From IMG/VR virus record IMGVR_UViG_2541047851_000005: DNA of 40,984 nucleotides; one strand, 5' to 3'. The stretch is from a virus. Its lineage: Duplodnaviria > Heunggongvirae > Uroviricota > Caudoviricetes. A program made the translations under genes and the position numbers. The notes beneath the pieces are model-generated. The model worked only from the letters and a program-made list of their open reading frames with translations, was not told where the DNA came from and ran no database searches. This document shows, piece by piece, positions 1 through 10,013 of the stretch (positions within the stretch are counted from its first letter, which is position 1; every line of letters begins with the position of its first letter).

Positions 1-696
1 TCACTTAGGGTATGGCTGAACCTTGAATAGCTTGGTATTTAGTCGCTTCCTTGCTCGCTTGTTCAGGAACCTGATGTAGCGATACTGATTAAATTTGTGC
101 ACCACGGCACGCTCTTTATTAGCCCGTAAATACACGCCTCGTTGTCCACCGCGTTTAATCGCGTTCATCGTTATCTCGTGATACCACTCACCATCCAGCT
201 CGTAGAACGTGCTTTCATGGCTGCCAATAAAATCAAAATTCGACGCCTGATACACAACGCCTGCGCGTCCGCAGCGTTCGTCAGCAAAGGACTGAACCCA
301 CTCCACTGACGGATACAGTAACCTTATGGTTTTCAGTGCATAACTGATGGCCCGAGATTCAGAGTTGCGGGGCATGTTGTCGTGTAGCCACATGCGGTTC
401 AACTCCATATAGCCCCGGTTATCCGTTTCAAGCACGACACGACGACCTGAGTTGGGGTTAAGGGCATATCCCTACTGGAGAACGCCAACCAGATCGCGTC
501 CGCTGAATACTCCCAGGTGGAGGTAAGAGTTATTCACAAAACGGCGGGAATAGTGCTTTGTCTGAATAATTGTGCGGGCCAGCCAGCAGGATATGGTTTC
601 AACGCGCAGCTCCTTTGAACCATAGCCAACAATCTGGCCTTCATACTCAATAACGCACGGTTTCGTCAGAATGCGTGATTTCTTCTCTTTTCCCAC
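1..696 (-). pseudogene. mom: mom (DNA modification protein Mom) interrupted by an in-frame amber codon at 472-474
   Basis: ORFs 472..726 and 1..435 are in the same frame, separated by TAG at 472-474 with 12 sense codons between. Read-through from GTG at 694-696 gives 231 codons, the length I recall for Mu Mom. Overlaps com 3' end as in Mu. Confidence 0.8.
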
Positions 697-835
697 AATG
701 TTTCTCCGTGGGATGCTCGCAGGCATTCAGCATTATGATGTGACGTTTGCAACGCGGACACCTGATTTCAATGTGAACAAAGGAATCCGCCTTAAATAAC
801 AGTTTGTTGCAGTTTTTACAGCGAATTGATTTCAT
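647..835 (-). CDS. com: Com, zinc-finger translational activator of mom
   Basis: 62-aa [16 protein letters not shown]...CPRCKRH with CxxC...CxxC zinc ribbon, matching recalled Mu Com; immediately upstream of and overlapping mom. Confidence 0.9.
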
Positions 836-945
836 CTCACCTCCTTTGCATCAATTCGCCACTATCTTAAAAAACATCGTGGGTTAAGTGTGGTTATTAG
901 GGCATAATCGATCTGTATTACCGATCGATTTGATTGATTCGATCG
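836..945 (-). promoter_or_regulatory. mom operon promoter region (Pmom) with C-activator site, T-run spacer and three Dam GATC sites
   Basis: Minus-strand reading gives TTATGCCCTAATAA dyad, a T6 run and TAAGAT upstream of com. GATC at 910-913, 923-926 and 941-944 overlap the gin 3' end, as in the Mu mom regulatory region. Confidence 0.55.
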
Positions 946-1511
946 TCGTTTTCTATATGCGTTCGTTTCGCAGGGTGTTTTTTATACAGAGTTGAGAGGG
1001 CCACATCGTAGATCAATGCGACCTGCTTGCGGGGGATTCCTTGTGCTAATAAACGCCCGGCCTGCTCCCACTCTGCTTTGGTTAGTTTAGGTGGTCGCCC
1101 ACTAATACGGCCTTTATTTCTGGCGGCAGCAAGTCCAGCCATCGTTCGCTCGATAATTAGTTCTCGTTCCATTTCAGCCAGAGCACCCATAACGTGGAAG
1201 AAAAAACGCCCCATTGGAGAAGATGTGTCTATGCTGTCGGTCAGACTGCGAAAATTAATCCCTCGCTCCCGTAGTTCCCCGACGAGAGAAATCAGATGTT
1301 TCATGCTTCGCCCGAGGCGATCCAGTTTCCAGACAACCAGCGTGTCACCTTTTTGAAGGCGCTTTAAAGCGCGTTTTAATCCCGGTCGGTCTGTCTTTGT
1401 CCCGCTTAATTTATCTTCAAATATTTGTTCACATCCTGCACAAACAAGAGCGTTTCGTTGCAGGTCTGTATTCTGGTCATTTGTTGATACCCTTATATAG
1501 CCAATCAGCAC
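918..1511 (-). CDS. gin: Gin DNA invertase (serine recombinase)
   Basis: 197-aa ORF MLIGYIRVSTNDQNTDLQ... with serine-recombinase N-terminus and C-terminal HTH; adjacent to gix site; matches recalled Mu Gin. Confidence 0.92.
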   Translation of the reverse strand: MLIGYIRVSTNDQNTDLQRNALVCAGCEQIFEDKLSGTKTDRPGLKRALKRLQKGDTLVVWKLDRLGRSMKHLISLVGELRERGINFRSLTDSIDTSSPMGRFFFHVMGALAEMERELIIERTMAGLAAARNKGRISGRPPKLTKAEWEQAGRLLAQGIPRKQVALIYDVALSTLYKKHPAKRTHIENDDRINQIDR

Positions 1512-1565
1512 TCTGGATCTCCCGTTTAAAAGCGCAAATCATGCCATGCAGGCCGGAAACAGCCA

Positions 1566-1591
1566 TTATCCAAAACCTCGGTTTACGAGAA
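1566..1591. repeat. gix recombination site (left in window)
   Basis: TTATCCAAAACCTCGGTTTACGAGAA, inverted copy of the site at 4244-4269 with 2 mismatches; matches recalled Gin gix sequence. Confidence 0.85.
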
Positions 1592-2416
1592 CTCGGAAAA
1601 AGCGGGGATAACATAGCGTTAATCAGTGGAGATAACATGTCGAGCAATCGTCAATTTGAAAATGGCTCAATTCTTGCGTAGATTCCCAGTAATGACGGTA
1701 CGAAGACTGGGTTTAAAACTGATCGAAATGGTGCCGGAGATGGTTTCAAGGGGTCTAAAACAATTGCCAATGGCGACGAATATTTCAAAGGATGAAGACT
1801 CCGGCAAACCACAACTACTGTCCTTGTTAAGCTGAAATGTGAAGCGCTTTATGATAAGGGTAAAGATATCGTTAATGTCGGTGTTGCAGTTGCTTTAATG
1901 CTTCCCTTTAATAGTAGCGCTAGTGTTCTTCGTGATATACACATCCGAGTCAAATATAAAAGTGATGGTATTTCGGACGTGTACGCTAATAGTCAGTATG
2001 GATTTCGATTTGAGAGTGGAGTTTTCTATGCCATGAAAAAAAAACATGCAGGTGGAAGTGATGATTCCTCGCTGCCCACAGCCTATAACTCAACATAGAT
2101 TGCAGGTTTTAGCTTATGGGGTGTTTCAACTCTTCCGATATTTGAAGAGCTCGGCTGGTATGCAAGATGGGGTTACTTCATCACGGGTAATATAAACGGC
2201 AACGGAGTATTATTAATTAACGGAACACTGCAACCCACAATTCGGGGGTATATTAATGCGACGTATGTAAACGCTGGGCGTATGTATCCGCGTGGCACTC
2301 AAAAAATGTTACGTCTTGGAACTCATGAAAAAACCGGGCATACCAGCTCAGGAATCAGATTCATTGGAGATGTCGTTATTCAGGATAAAGCAATAATTGG
2401 ACCGAGGCAAAAATGA
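1592..2416 (+). pseudogene. Alternative tail-fibre variable cassette (S'v-like) with three in-frame stops
   Basis: Frame-2 reading from gix continues IQNLGLRELGKSGDN...; in-frame TAG 1679-81, TGA 1793-95, TAG 2096-98, final TGA 2414-16. Translation is homologous and equal in length to the minus-strand cassette. Confidence 0.55.
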
Positions 2417-2628
2417 ATCTATGGCCCGTCATATTACGTAGCATCGGTGACCATAACGCAGTATTTAATTGTAATGAAATCAGGGTTTCCGCAAACAAAC
2501 CAGAAAGCTCAGCCGTCGTTGAATTTTGTTATAATATGGTAAAGGTCAGGAGTGAGGAATCGGGGGTATGGTTAATTAAAGAAGGCTTAGGAAGACAGCG
2601 TACTGATTGCGAAGGACGACAAAGGTAA
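2413..2628 (+). CDS. Hypothetical ORF inside G segment (position expected for a tail-fibre assembly gene, no recognisable similarity)
   Basis: 71-aa ORF from track; occupies the interior where Mu carries U/U'. I could not recognise Tfa-like sequence. Confidence 0.25.
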   Translation: MNLWPVILRSIGDHNAVFNCNEIRVSANKPESSAVVEFCYNMVKVRSEESGVWLIKEGLGRQRTDCEGRQR

Positions 2629-3417
2629 CATTGTTAAAATGACAAGCAAAGCCTCATCGATCAATTCAGGGAGAATAACCAGCTTTGAGACTCCAGGCTT
2701 CAGATGGAATTGTCTTCCCAAGGGTTTAGGGAAAAAGTTGCCTAAGGAAGGATCTGTGCTTAGAAAGTCGTATACAGAGACCGCTCCGCACTGCCAGTAA
2801 GGTTCACAAAACAACCAGAATGAGTGAGGGGCCGATAGTGGGACTCAGCTTCTAGACAGGGTTTTCTGGCTATATATGACTACGGGTATCCACCGGACAG
2901 GACAGGACTCTTTGGCGTGCCAAAGCCTTCAGTTGAGCCGGTTGCTCATACCAAATCACATATGGCCTCAAAAGCCTTTCCAATAACTGAATCACAATAT
3001 CGGGTCCTGAAACAAACTGGACGTTCTGGGATCGGTACTGTCAGTCTGGAGCTTCCGGTGTATTAAACTTTCTACCCACAGTTCCGCCCCTAAACATCCA
3101 CTTGTTTATATTCGTCGGAAGAGGTTTGGATGCTATGCCGGGAGTCCCATCGCCGGTTTTGCTCTCTGACTTATGCGAACAGGCATCGTTTTTTATGTCC
3201 AGCTTGATACTTCTTCCCTTCCTCACAATATTTACGGTGTCGCCCTACGCCATCTTTGAACACCCATATCAGCTTTACCCCTCCCCGGAGATCAGCTATA
3301 AAACATGATAATTCTATGATGGCTGCTCCTTCCGTTTTATTTGTTGAAATATCCTCTTCAAAATAATTAATTGCTCCATAATGTACACATGCGCTATGCT
3401 ATATGTTGGGCCATTGA

Positions 3418-3982
3418 TTTATTTTTGCATCGTACCAATGATGGCCACCACATGACCATATCCTTCAGCTGTGATATTTAATTGGTAGCTGGTATGCCTG
3501 GCTTGTTCAAAACGAGCACGAAGCAACATTATTTGAGCAACACATGGTTCAATACGACCCGCTTTAAACCACCTCGAATCAAAACTCTACTGAATGGGGG
3601 TCGGCTTCTGAGTATTAATAGAAACTATTCCGTTGCCATTTGTATTTCCCTTAACAAAATAATGTCACCTTTCCTACCCGCCGGAACCTGCCAATGCCGG
3701 ACGGGTTGACGCACCGCATAGACTAAAAGCTGCAATAATCCTGGAGGTATATGCGCCCGGCAGATAGGACTCATCACTTCCACCTGCCTGTATTTTTTTA
3801 ATAGTAATAGCATCTGCACACTGTAATTGAAACACATACCCATCATGAGCCGAACCATAGGGAATACCACCACCTTTATAATTCACACGGGTTTGAACGT
3901 CACCACAACCAACAGAGTTACTACTTAAGGGAATCATCAAACCAAATGCAACACCAACCTGGGTGTCAGCAGCTCCACGATT
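3418..3982 (-). pseudogene. Distal part of tail-fibre variable cassette (Sv), in frame with S but separated by amber and further stops
   Basis: Same frame as S ORF. After TAG 3983-85 the frame continues NRGAADTQVGVAFG...GGSDESYLPGAYTSRIIAAF...; in-frame TAG 3674-76, TGA 3665-67, TAG 3587-89, final TAA 3418-20. Confidence 0.5.
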
Positions 3983-4765
3983 CTATTGCCCTCCCACGTA
4001 CGGCTTCCTCAGATCAGTTGTACTGGTGTGTCGGCGGGCACACCCTTTGAAATATTCGTCACTAATGGCAACATCTTTAGAACCCACGAAAGCAACAGCG
4101 GCAACTTCACGTGCTGTTTTCAGTCTTGTCGCCGCCCAGGCAGTGTCTCGCATTTCGCCAGGAAGTCCATCGCTTTCTGATGTAAGATCGCCGGAGAAAT
4201 TCTCTGTACTGTGTTGCGCTGCGTTCTCCCCCCTGTTTCCCGTTTCCTGTAAACCGAGGTTTTGGATAAATAGCGGCTTATTGGGAATATCTGCTCCGTT
4301 CCGGTCTTTTGCCAGACGGGCATTGGCATTATCCATCGCAATTTTCACCGCTTTTGCGGTGGCTGCCAGCGTTTCACTGGGGCTGTCAGTGGCACTGGTT
4401 AGCTGAACGAGTCCTTTTTTGTTCAGGCTGGCATCATAGATATCCAGATTTTCACGTGCTGTACGCTGTGCTGATGCCCCGGCAATTTTAATTTCGCTGA
4501 GGTTATTTTTTATCAGCAGCGCGTTATTGCTCATAATGGCTTTAATGGACAGTGCAAGCTGGTTTAATTTTGTTTTATCCGGTTGAATACCGGCTTCTTC
4601 CAGCGTGTTTAATAACTCCGCCTGAACAATATTAAACCAGTCCATGCCGGGCCATGTGATAATATTATTCCCGTCACCTTCTGAAAACCAGCGAACGATA
4701 GCACTACGCTGGGCGGATACGGGCGGCATGACGGTTACGCCGCTGTCGTTATCAATATAAAACAT
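3983..4765 (-). CDS. S: Tail fibre protein S (constant part plus proximal variable part), terminated by an amber codon
   Basis: 260-aa ORF; N-terminal 166 aa constant region reads through gix (FIQNLGLQETG) into G; ends at TAG 3983-85, much shorter than the ~500 aa I recall for Mu S. Confidence 0.75.
   Translation of the reverse strand: MFYIDNDSGVTVMPPVSAQRSAIVRWFSEGDGNNIITWPGMDWFNIVQAELLNTLEEAGIQPDKTKLNQLALSIKAIMSNNALLIKNNLSEIKIAGASAQRTARENLDIYDASLNKKGLVQLTSATDSPSETLAATAKAVKIAMDNANARLAKDRNGADIPNKPLFIQNLGLQETGNRGENAAQHSTENFSGDLTSESDGLPGEMRDTAWAATRLKTAREVAAVAFVGSKDVAISDEYFKGCARRHTSTTDLRKPYVGGQ
4244..4269. repeat. gix recombination site (right in window)
   Basis: TTCCTGTAAACCGAGGTTTTGGATAA inside the S coding sequence; inverted relative to 1566-1591. 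Confidence 0.85.
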
Positions 4766-5307
4766 TAGTTATCTCCGTCATGGTAAACAAATTTATAAAT
4801 CTGATGCGCGGGTTTATATTTCTCCAGTAAACATTCCAGCGCACCCGATTCATAAACACGTAACGGCGTCAGAACATTATCCAGCACCGTTGCGTTGCGA
4901 TAATTTTTAATACCGTAAATATTGACCTGCGTAACCCACTGGCCTTCTGTGGAATCCGTCAGCCTGACGGTAAAACCGTACTGCGCAGCCAGCCATTCAT
5001 AAAAACGCCGACTCAGATTGCCGGTCATACGCATTTTATTCGCGGCAGCCCGCTGGCGTTCGGACAGGGTGCCGTTTTCGCTGGTACAGTCAGGCAACCC
5101 CAGAAATGATTCCCACTCCCCCAGATACCAGCGGGATGTGGACGGGAAACGCTCCCGCAGCATTTGCCGCGCATCATCCGCCGCAGTGGCAATCACGTCA
5201 CTGATGGCCTGCGCCAGCGCAGATAATTTGCTGTCGGGGCTTTTATTCCAGGCAAGCCCTGACGGCAGTAATTGCAGAAAGGCCGTCTGATAGGGTGTTA
5301 CAGCCAT
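4765..5307 (-). CDS. Tail/baseplate protein (Mu gp48-like)
   Basis: 180-aa ORF immediately upstream of S in the Mu baseplate block; position and size. Confidence 0.65.
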   Translation of the reverse strand: MAVTPYQTAFLQLLPSGLAWNKSPDSKLSALAQAISDVIATAADDARQMLRERFPSTSRWYLGEWESFLGLPDCTSENGTLSERQRAAANKMRMTGNLSRRFYEWLAAQYGFTVRLTDSTEGQWVTQVNIYGIKNYRNATVLDNVLTPLRVYESGALECLLEKYKPAHQIYKFVYHDGDN

Positions 5308-6380
5308 TCAATTGTCCCCGGTGTTAACAGTTCCGTATTCTCCGAACGCTGGATCTCTGTCGGGAAACGCACTTCAAAATCATCCAGACCGGTAACACCT
5401 GCCACCGCACGGATAATACGGGAGGGGGCAAGTGCGCCGCCCGGCGTCACCTCATTAAAAAACATGGTATTAATGGCGTGGGTAATAGCCTGTTTCAGTT
5501 CGGCTGTCTTCGGTGATATATAAATCCGTGGATTTACCGGCTTTGCCTTTGGCGCAAATACAGTGACATTTACACCGTCAGGCTGTCCGACAATCAGACC
5601 GGTGATCGGGTCAGTATGACCGGCGATATAATCCGCCACGCGTTCCACGTCTGCCGGTTGTGGAAAAATATTGCTCCGGTTATCCATAACAAACGTCACC
5701 CCGACTGTGCCACCGCCTTTCCATGTCGGAAAACACCAGGCACGGGTAACGCCGCTGACTTCACGTGCCCAGCGGACGTAATCAAACTGATTACCGCCGA
5801 ACGGAGGATACTGGACACGATATTCCAGCCGTGACAGCAGCTCCGCTGCACTCTCAATATCAGCTCCACCGGAAAACCCTTTTACAGTGATGGCATCGGA
5901 AACAACACAGGCAACCGGGGTGATCAACGTTAAAAGGGTATTCTCACCGGTATTTCCTGCCTCACCGGCAGCCAGTGCGGTAACGGTAATTTCCGTCGTT
6001 CCTGCACGGTCAATCACAATGGCATCAGCCAGGCTGTAAACCACACCATCAGCACGCTGCCAGCGTGTACCGGCAGGAATGGTGGTCGCTGCCGATGTGG
6101 TGACAGTCAGCGGGCCGCTGGCGGCTGTCGCCTGTTTGCGGCGCACCCCCCAGAACCGGCAGTGCTCCAGCAACTCATCTTCATCTGCTGTCGACGGGAT
6201 AATCTGCCGTCCAACCCATGAAATATGCTCGTGACAACCGGCAGCAAGGCCCGCCTGAGCATAAGCAATGGCACTCAGCGTTTTTTCACGGGCCTGAGGC
6301 CAGCTACCCGGCAGGCGCTGTTCAATATTCTGTTCTGTACGGGCAATCAGCGATGATAGTGTCGGTGGTGAATAAGCCAT
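5298..6380 (-). CDS. Baseplate J-like protein (Mu gp47-like)
   Basis: 360-aa ORF in baseplate block; size and position consistent with baseplate wedge J family. Confidence 0.75.
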   Translation of the reverse strand: MAYSPPTLSSLIARTEQNIEQRLPGSWPQAREKTLSAIAYAQAGLAAGCHEHISWVGRQIIPSTADEDELLEHCRFWGVRRKQATAASGPLTVTTSAATTIPAGTRWQRADGVVYSLADAIVIDRAGTTEITVTALAAGEAGNTGENTLLTLITPVACVVSDAITVKGFSGGADIESAAELLSRLEYRVQYPPFGGNQFDYVRWAREVSGVTRAWCFPTWKGGGTVGVTFVMDNRSNIFPQPADVERVADYIAGHTDPITGLIVGQPDGVNVTVFAPKAKPVNPRIYISPKTAELKQAITHAINTMFFNEVTPGGALAPSRIIRAVAGVTGLDDFEVRFPTEIQRSENTELLTPGTIEWL

Positions 6381-6818
6381 TTAAACCCCGTTAAATGCTG
6401 CTTTAAACTCATAAGGAATAACGGAACCATCCGGTAATGTCAGTGCAATATAGAGGTATAACCAGCCCTGATGTAACTGTTCCGCTCTGACGTTAATCGC
6501 ACTTACCCGGCCCGCTGTTTTCAGCCATTCCAGCGCCTCTTCGGCATACCCTCTGGCGCGTTCCAGCGTATCCGGTGTGGCTTTTTCACGTGATAACAGC
6601 CACAACCGCGAACCGATGGGGCGGTCGCGGTAACTGTCACCCCACCATCCACGGCGATCATCTGAACCATCCGGCAGCGTGTCAGAATCCAGCGCGCGCC
6701 GGTCGGTAAACAGGGAGATTGTCACATCGGTTGTCAGGCTGTCGTCGGTCAGCATATCAATGCCATCCTGTGCAATATCGCCGCGTCCGTTCGTCCAGAT
6801 AATGGCTAAATCGGTCAT
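6381..6818 (-). CDS. Baseplate protein (Mu gp46-like)
   Basis: 145-aa ORF, tightly packed in baseplate block. Confidence 0.65.
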   Translation of the reverse strand: MTDLAIIWTNGRGDIAQDGIDMLTDDSLTTDVTISLFTDRRALDSDTLPDGSDDRRGWWGDSYRDRPIGSRLWLLSREKATPDTLERARGYAEEALEWLKTAGRVSAINVRAEQLHQGWLYLYIALTLPDGSVIPYEFKAAFNGV

Positions 6819-7408
6819 TGCATTGGCCCCGTGGTTCCGCCACTGTCGCCCGGATGGGTGTGTTTATCCGTCGATTTGCCATTGATGATGGCATCCGGGG
6901 CGCTGATATTGCCTGCAAAGTCACTTTCACCTTTAACACTGAGGCCTTTCAGAATTTCAACATCGCCGGTAAACGTGGCTTTCGGGGTGTCAACGGTCGC
7001 GCCTTCATCGGCGTGAACCTCAACCGTTTTACAGGTAATGATGCAGCGTCCATCCTTTGTCAGCCTGATACGATGCCCTTCGTAGTGATAAACGCCGGCA
7101 TCGCCCGGTTCAAGATTTGTCGGGCGGTAGCGGCGGTCTTCCACCACAACGGCAATCCCCTGATCACGTTGTGCACCCACACAGGCAATCAGCGCCTCTG
7201 CGCCCGGCAGAGGAACGCTGAAATGCCCGTAATTTTGCAGGCGCTCCACTTCATCAGATTCCTCATCATCCAGCAGACCAACCTGCAGGTTCTGAACCTT
7301 TCGCCCGTCGTTAATCACGTTAACAACGGCACGCGCAAGCATCAGGCGCACACGACGCATCAGCGGCATCAGCAGGCGGTTCATGGCGGAATCATTTACT
7401 CTTTCCAC
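6815..7408 (-). CDS. Baseplate assembly/spike protein (Mu gp45-like)
   Basis: 197-aa ORF with C-terminal Gly-rich tip; position after P. Confidence 0.7.
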   Translation of the reverse strand: MERVNDSAMNRLLMPLMRRVRLMLARAVVNVINDGRKVQNLQVGLLDDEESDEVERLQNYGHFSVPLPGAEALIACVGAQRDQGIAVVVEDRRYRPTNLEPGDAGVYHYEGHRIRLTKDGRCIITCKTVEVHADEGATVDTPKATFTGDVEILKGLSVKGESDFAGNISAPDAIINGKSTDKHTHPGDSGGTTGPMQ

Positions 7409-8529
7409 GGCGGCGTTTTCTCCGGGTGTCTGCGATAATAATCTTCAACCAGCGCATCAATACCGCCGTTATTGTCACTTTTGTTTTTACGGTCACTTTC
7501 AACCGGCACCAGAAAGCCTTCGCGTGGTGCAAGGCTGACGCGGGTTTTCATCCCGTCCTGGTCATTCAGTATCAGGGTGACTTTGCTGACCAGTAATTCC
7601 GTGGTTTTGATGGCATATTTCGAGGCATCAATAGTGACCAGCAGGTTCGGCATCCAGAGTTGCCCGTCCTTGCGAGTCCATCCGTCAATTTCTGCCTCAA
7701 AGGTGATGGATTTTGCCAGTCTGCGGCGTTGCTCACGCAGGGCGCGGGCCTGTGCATCCTTCGCCGTAATCTTGCTGTCAGCAATGATGATCATCGGTCT
7801 GTAACGGGTCACATCACTGTCAGTGGCGGTCCCTTTCCGGGATACGATACTTTTCGCATCAATATCATCACCCTCAGCACCATTTGCGCGGGCATACCCC
7901 TTGACGGTGTATTCGCTGAACCGGTCGCGGAAGTCTTCCTCAAAATCCAGTGTCAGCAGATTTTCTCCGAGAACCAGCTCATCAGTGGCTGTGCTGGCAG
8001 CCCGGCTGAATACCAGCTCTCCGGCGGCATTGCTGGTCATCAGTACACCGCGTGCGCGGGAGGCACGCACCAGCGCCTCATAAACGGTTTCTGAATGGTC
8101 CAGCGTGAAGCCGGGAAAAGCTGCCGAACTTTCCTTATCGGAAAGCTCCCAGCGAACGGTAACGCCATAAGGGGTGCACAGGTCACGCGCAATCTGCTCC
8201 AGTGTGCGGTTTTTCCACTGTCCGCCACTGTAAACGGCAGCACAGTCAATCAGGTCAGCCGTTTTGTCACGTCCGGCGATAGTGATTTTCATACTGTCAG
8301 CGGTCATCTGGCGTCGCCGTGAATCGATATAACCGGTGCAGACAATCTGCCCCCCGATTTCGAGCGTGAACTTCTTCCCCGGTGCCAGCCCGGATAAATC
8401 CGTGCCCGGTGGCACGTTCACCCCCAGCTCAAAATATCCGGCTACGGATTCAATCGAGCGGGTGACAGAGACTGACGTCCAGCCGGTAAAAAGCCTGCCA
8501 TCCGTTCGCAGCGTGACGGTATTACTCAT
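7396..8529 (-). CDS. P: Tail/baseplate hub protein P
   Basis: 377-aa ORF; Mu P-like size and position between N and the baseplate genes. Confidence 0.75.
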   Translation of the reverse strand: MSNTVTLRTDGRLFTGWTSVSVTRSIESVAGYFELGVNVPPGTDLSGLAPGKKFTLEIGGQIVCTGYIDSRRRQMTADSMKITIAGRDKTADLIDCAAVYSGGQWKNRTLEQIARDLCTPYGVTVRWELSDKESSAAFPGFTLDHSETVYEALVRASRARGVLMTSNAAGELVFSRAASTATDELVLGENLLTLDFEEDFRDRFSEYTVKGYARANGAEGDDIDAKSIVSRKGTATDSDVTRYRPMIIIADSKITAKDAQARALREQRRRLAKSITFEAEIDGWTRKDGQLWMPNLLVTIDASKYAIKTTELLVSKVTLILNDQDGMKTRVSLAPREGFLVPVESDRKNKSDNNGGIDALVEDYYRRHPEKTPPWKE

Positions 8530-10009
8530 TAATCACCTCAATACTGATACCACCGGGAACAAACAACGGGTTGCTGATACCGTTCCTGCGGGCCAGCCGT
8601 TGCCAGTTCCGGCTGTTTCCTGTGTAACGGTACAGGGCCACCATTGCAGGCATCGTCTCCGGCAGGCGGTGCGTTTCACTGCCCGCCAGTTGCAGCCCGC
8701 GTTTTTCCAGGTCGGCAACAACCAGCAGACGCAGTTGCGTAAGCTGAACGCTGTCTGTCGAAAAGCCCTGCTCAGATGCCGTCAGAATGACGGTATCCAG
8801 TGCAGCCCCCAGCATGGCGGCTGTTTTTCCGATATCGGACACACTTTCAAATACCGGGGGCGTGGCTGTACCACTGTCTGAAAAGGATACCTGTGAAAAG
8901 CCGCCGTCCGGGGTTATGGCAGTTAACTGTAACTGTCCCTGTGTGACGGTAGCAGATGTGCTGCTGGCCCCGCTGGCTGTGCCGGTTGTGGTGGACGGGG
9001 CATCCAGTACAGGTGCACGGGCGGCATTATCCATCCGGCGACTGAAATCCAGTGCCGCAGTCAGTGCCTGGCTGGCAGCTTCTGCCCGGTATGTCTGCGC
9101 CGCTGCCAGCATGACGTAGTTCAGTGTGGCAATATTTTTTTCTGCAACCGGACTGTTGTACGAGGTTGTGATTGTCCCCTGTCTGCCTGCGGTGACGGCA
9201 TGGCGACGTTCGAATCGTTGCGCCAGACGGTTCCAGGTGGAAAATGCTGTCCGGGTATCGCATAACGATGAAACGCCGGACAGCGCCCCCATCAGCGAGG
9301 AGGCCAGCATGGCAGGCTGGTTAATCAGGCTGGTCACAGAGCCTTTCATCGCAGAAAGCGATCCCATCAGACCGCTGACAGTCTGCGTAACCCCCAGATT
9401 GTCCACCGCATCACTGATATCATCGATGACACCGGTTACAGCTTCCATCACGGCGGTTGCCGCCGCAGTGCCATCTTTTACGGTCTGCCAGACAGAGGAC
9501 AGCGTATCTCCCAGAGAACCGGTTACAGCAACGGCCTGTGCCGGTACGGCTGCACTGGTGTCTGTCTCTGCGTCCGGGGCAGTATCCTGCAACGACGGAT
9601 AAACGGTAACGGTGAACGCGTAATAATTCAGTTCATCCGCTTTAGTGCGGCATTCCCATGAATCCACCATGACGTCCACAGTGCCGAAATCAGGATGTAC
9701 CAGCTCACCGCTACCCGGAGCATCAAGAGCATCCATCAGCGCACCCGCTTCATCTCTGGCTGTTTCTGCGTTGCTGTTCAGAATGCAGGCGCTGAATGTA
9801 CGGGAGCGAAGCTTTTTCCCCAGGTCATTGACGCCGCCGGTATCACGTAACGGGTACTCGCGTTTAACCAGGCGACGTCCGCCAGCCTGTTTTTGCTCCT
9901 CGATGACGAGAAACGGCACGTTACGGAACGTGCCTTTGCCGGTTGTTTTCCTGCCTCCACCAGTTTTATCCCGGACAGCATTAACGGCATTTAAAGCATC
10001 TTCAAACAT
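8522..10009 (-). CDS. N: DNA circularization protein N
   Basis: 495-aa ORF immediately downstream of the tape measure gene, as in Mu. Confidence 0.75.
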   Translation of the reverse strand: MFEDALNAVNAVRDKTGGGRKTTGKGTFRNVPFLVIEEQKQAGGRRLVKREYPLRDTGGVNDLGKKLRSRTFSACILNSNAETARDEAGALMDALDAPGSGELVHPDFGTVDVMVDSWECRTKADELNYYAFTVTVYPSLQDTAPDAETDTSAAVPAQAVAVTGSLGDTLSSVWQTVKDGTAAATAVMEAVTGVIDDISDAVDNLGVTQTVSGLMGSLSAMKGSVTSLINQPAMLASSLMGALSGVSSLCDTRTAFSTWNRLAQRFERRHAVTAGRQGTITTSYNSPVAEKNIATLNYVMLAAAQTYRAEAASQALTAALDFSRRMDNAARAPVLDAPSTTTGTASGASSTSATVTQGQLQLTAITPDGGFSQVSFSDSGTATPPVFESVSDIGKTAAMLGAALDTVILTASEQGFSTDSVQLTQLRLLVVADLEKRGLQLAGSETHRLPETMPAMVALYRYTGNSRNWQRLARRNGISNPLFVPGGISIEVINE

Positions 10010-10013
10010 GGTT

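Larger units (their letters stand above)
1566..4269. mobile_element. Gin-invertible G segment (~2.7 kb) carrying alternative tail-fibre variable cassettes
   Basis: Bounded by inverted gix sites; tail-fibre constant region (4270-4765, minus) reads in frame through the gix site into either cassette depending on orientation. Confidence 0.85.

Noticed and set aside
2030-2100. Exact base-level coordinates around the poly-A run near 2036-2044
   Set aside because: My manual count of the homopolymer disagreed by one base with the supplied ORF track; I relied on the track coordinates for the stop at 2096-2098 rather than my own count.
1-4765. Alternative genetic code or programmed stop-codon read-through explaining the in-frame TAG/TGA codons
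   Set aside because: All other phage and island genes terminate normally with TAA/TGA/TAG and show no internal stops, so a global recoding is unlikely. Host suppressor tRNA cannot be excluded from this window alone.
6818-7438. Plus-strand ORFs antisense to phage structural genes (for example 6818..7438, 8336..8881, 10234..10794, 14574..15419, 16675..17304, 19638..20219, 21606..22154, 24139..25014, 26926..27585)
   Set aside because: They lie entirely within well-supported minus-strand genes, have Arg/Pro/Ala-rich low-complexity translations typical of antisense frames in GC-rich DNA, and have no ribosome-binding-site context.
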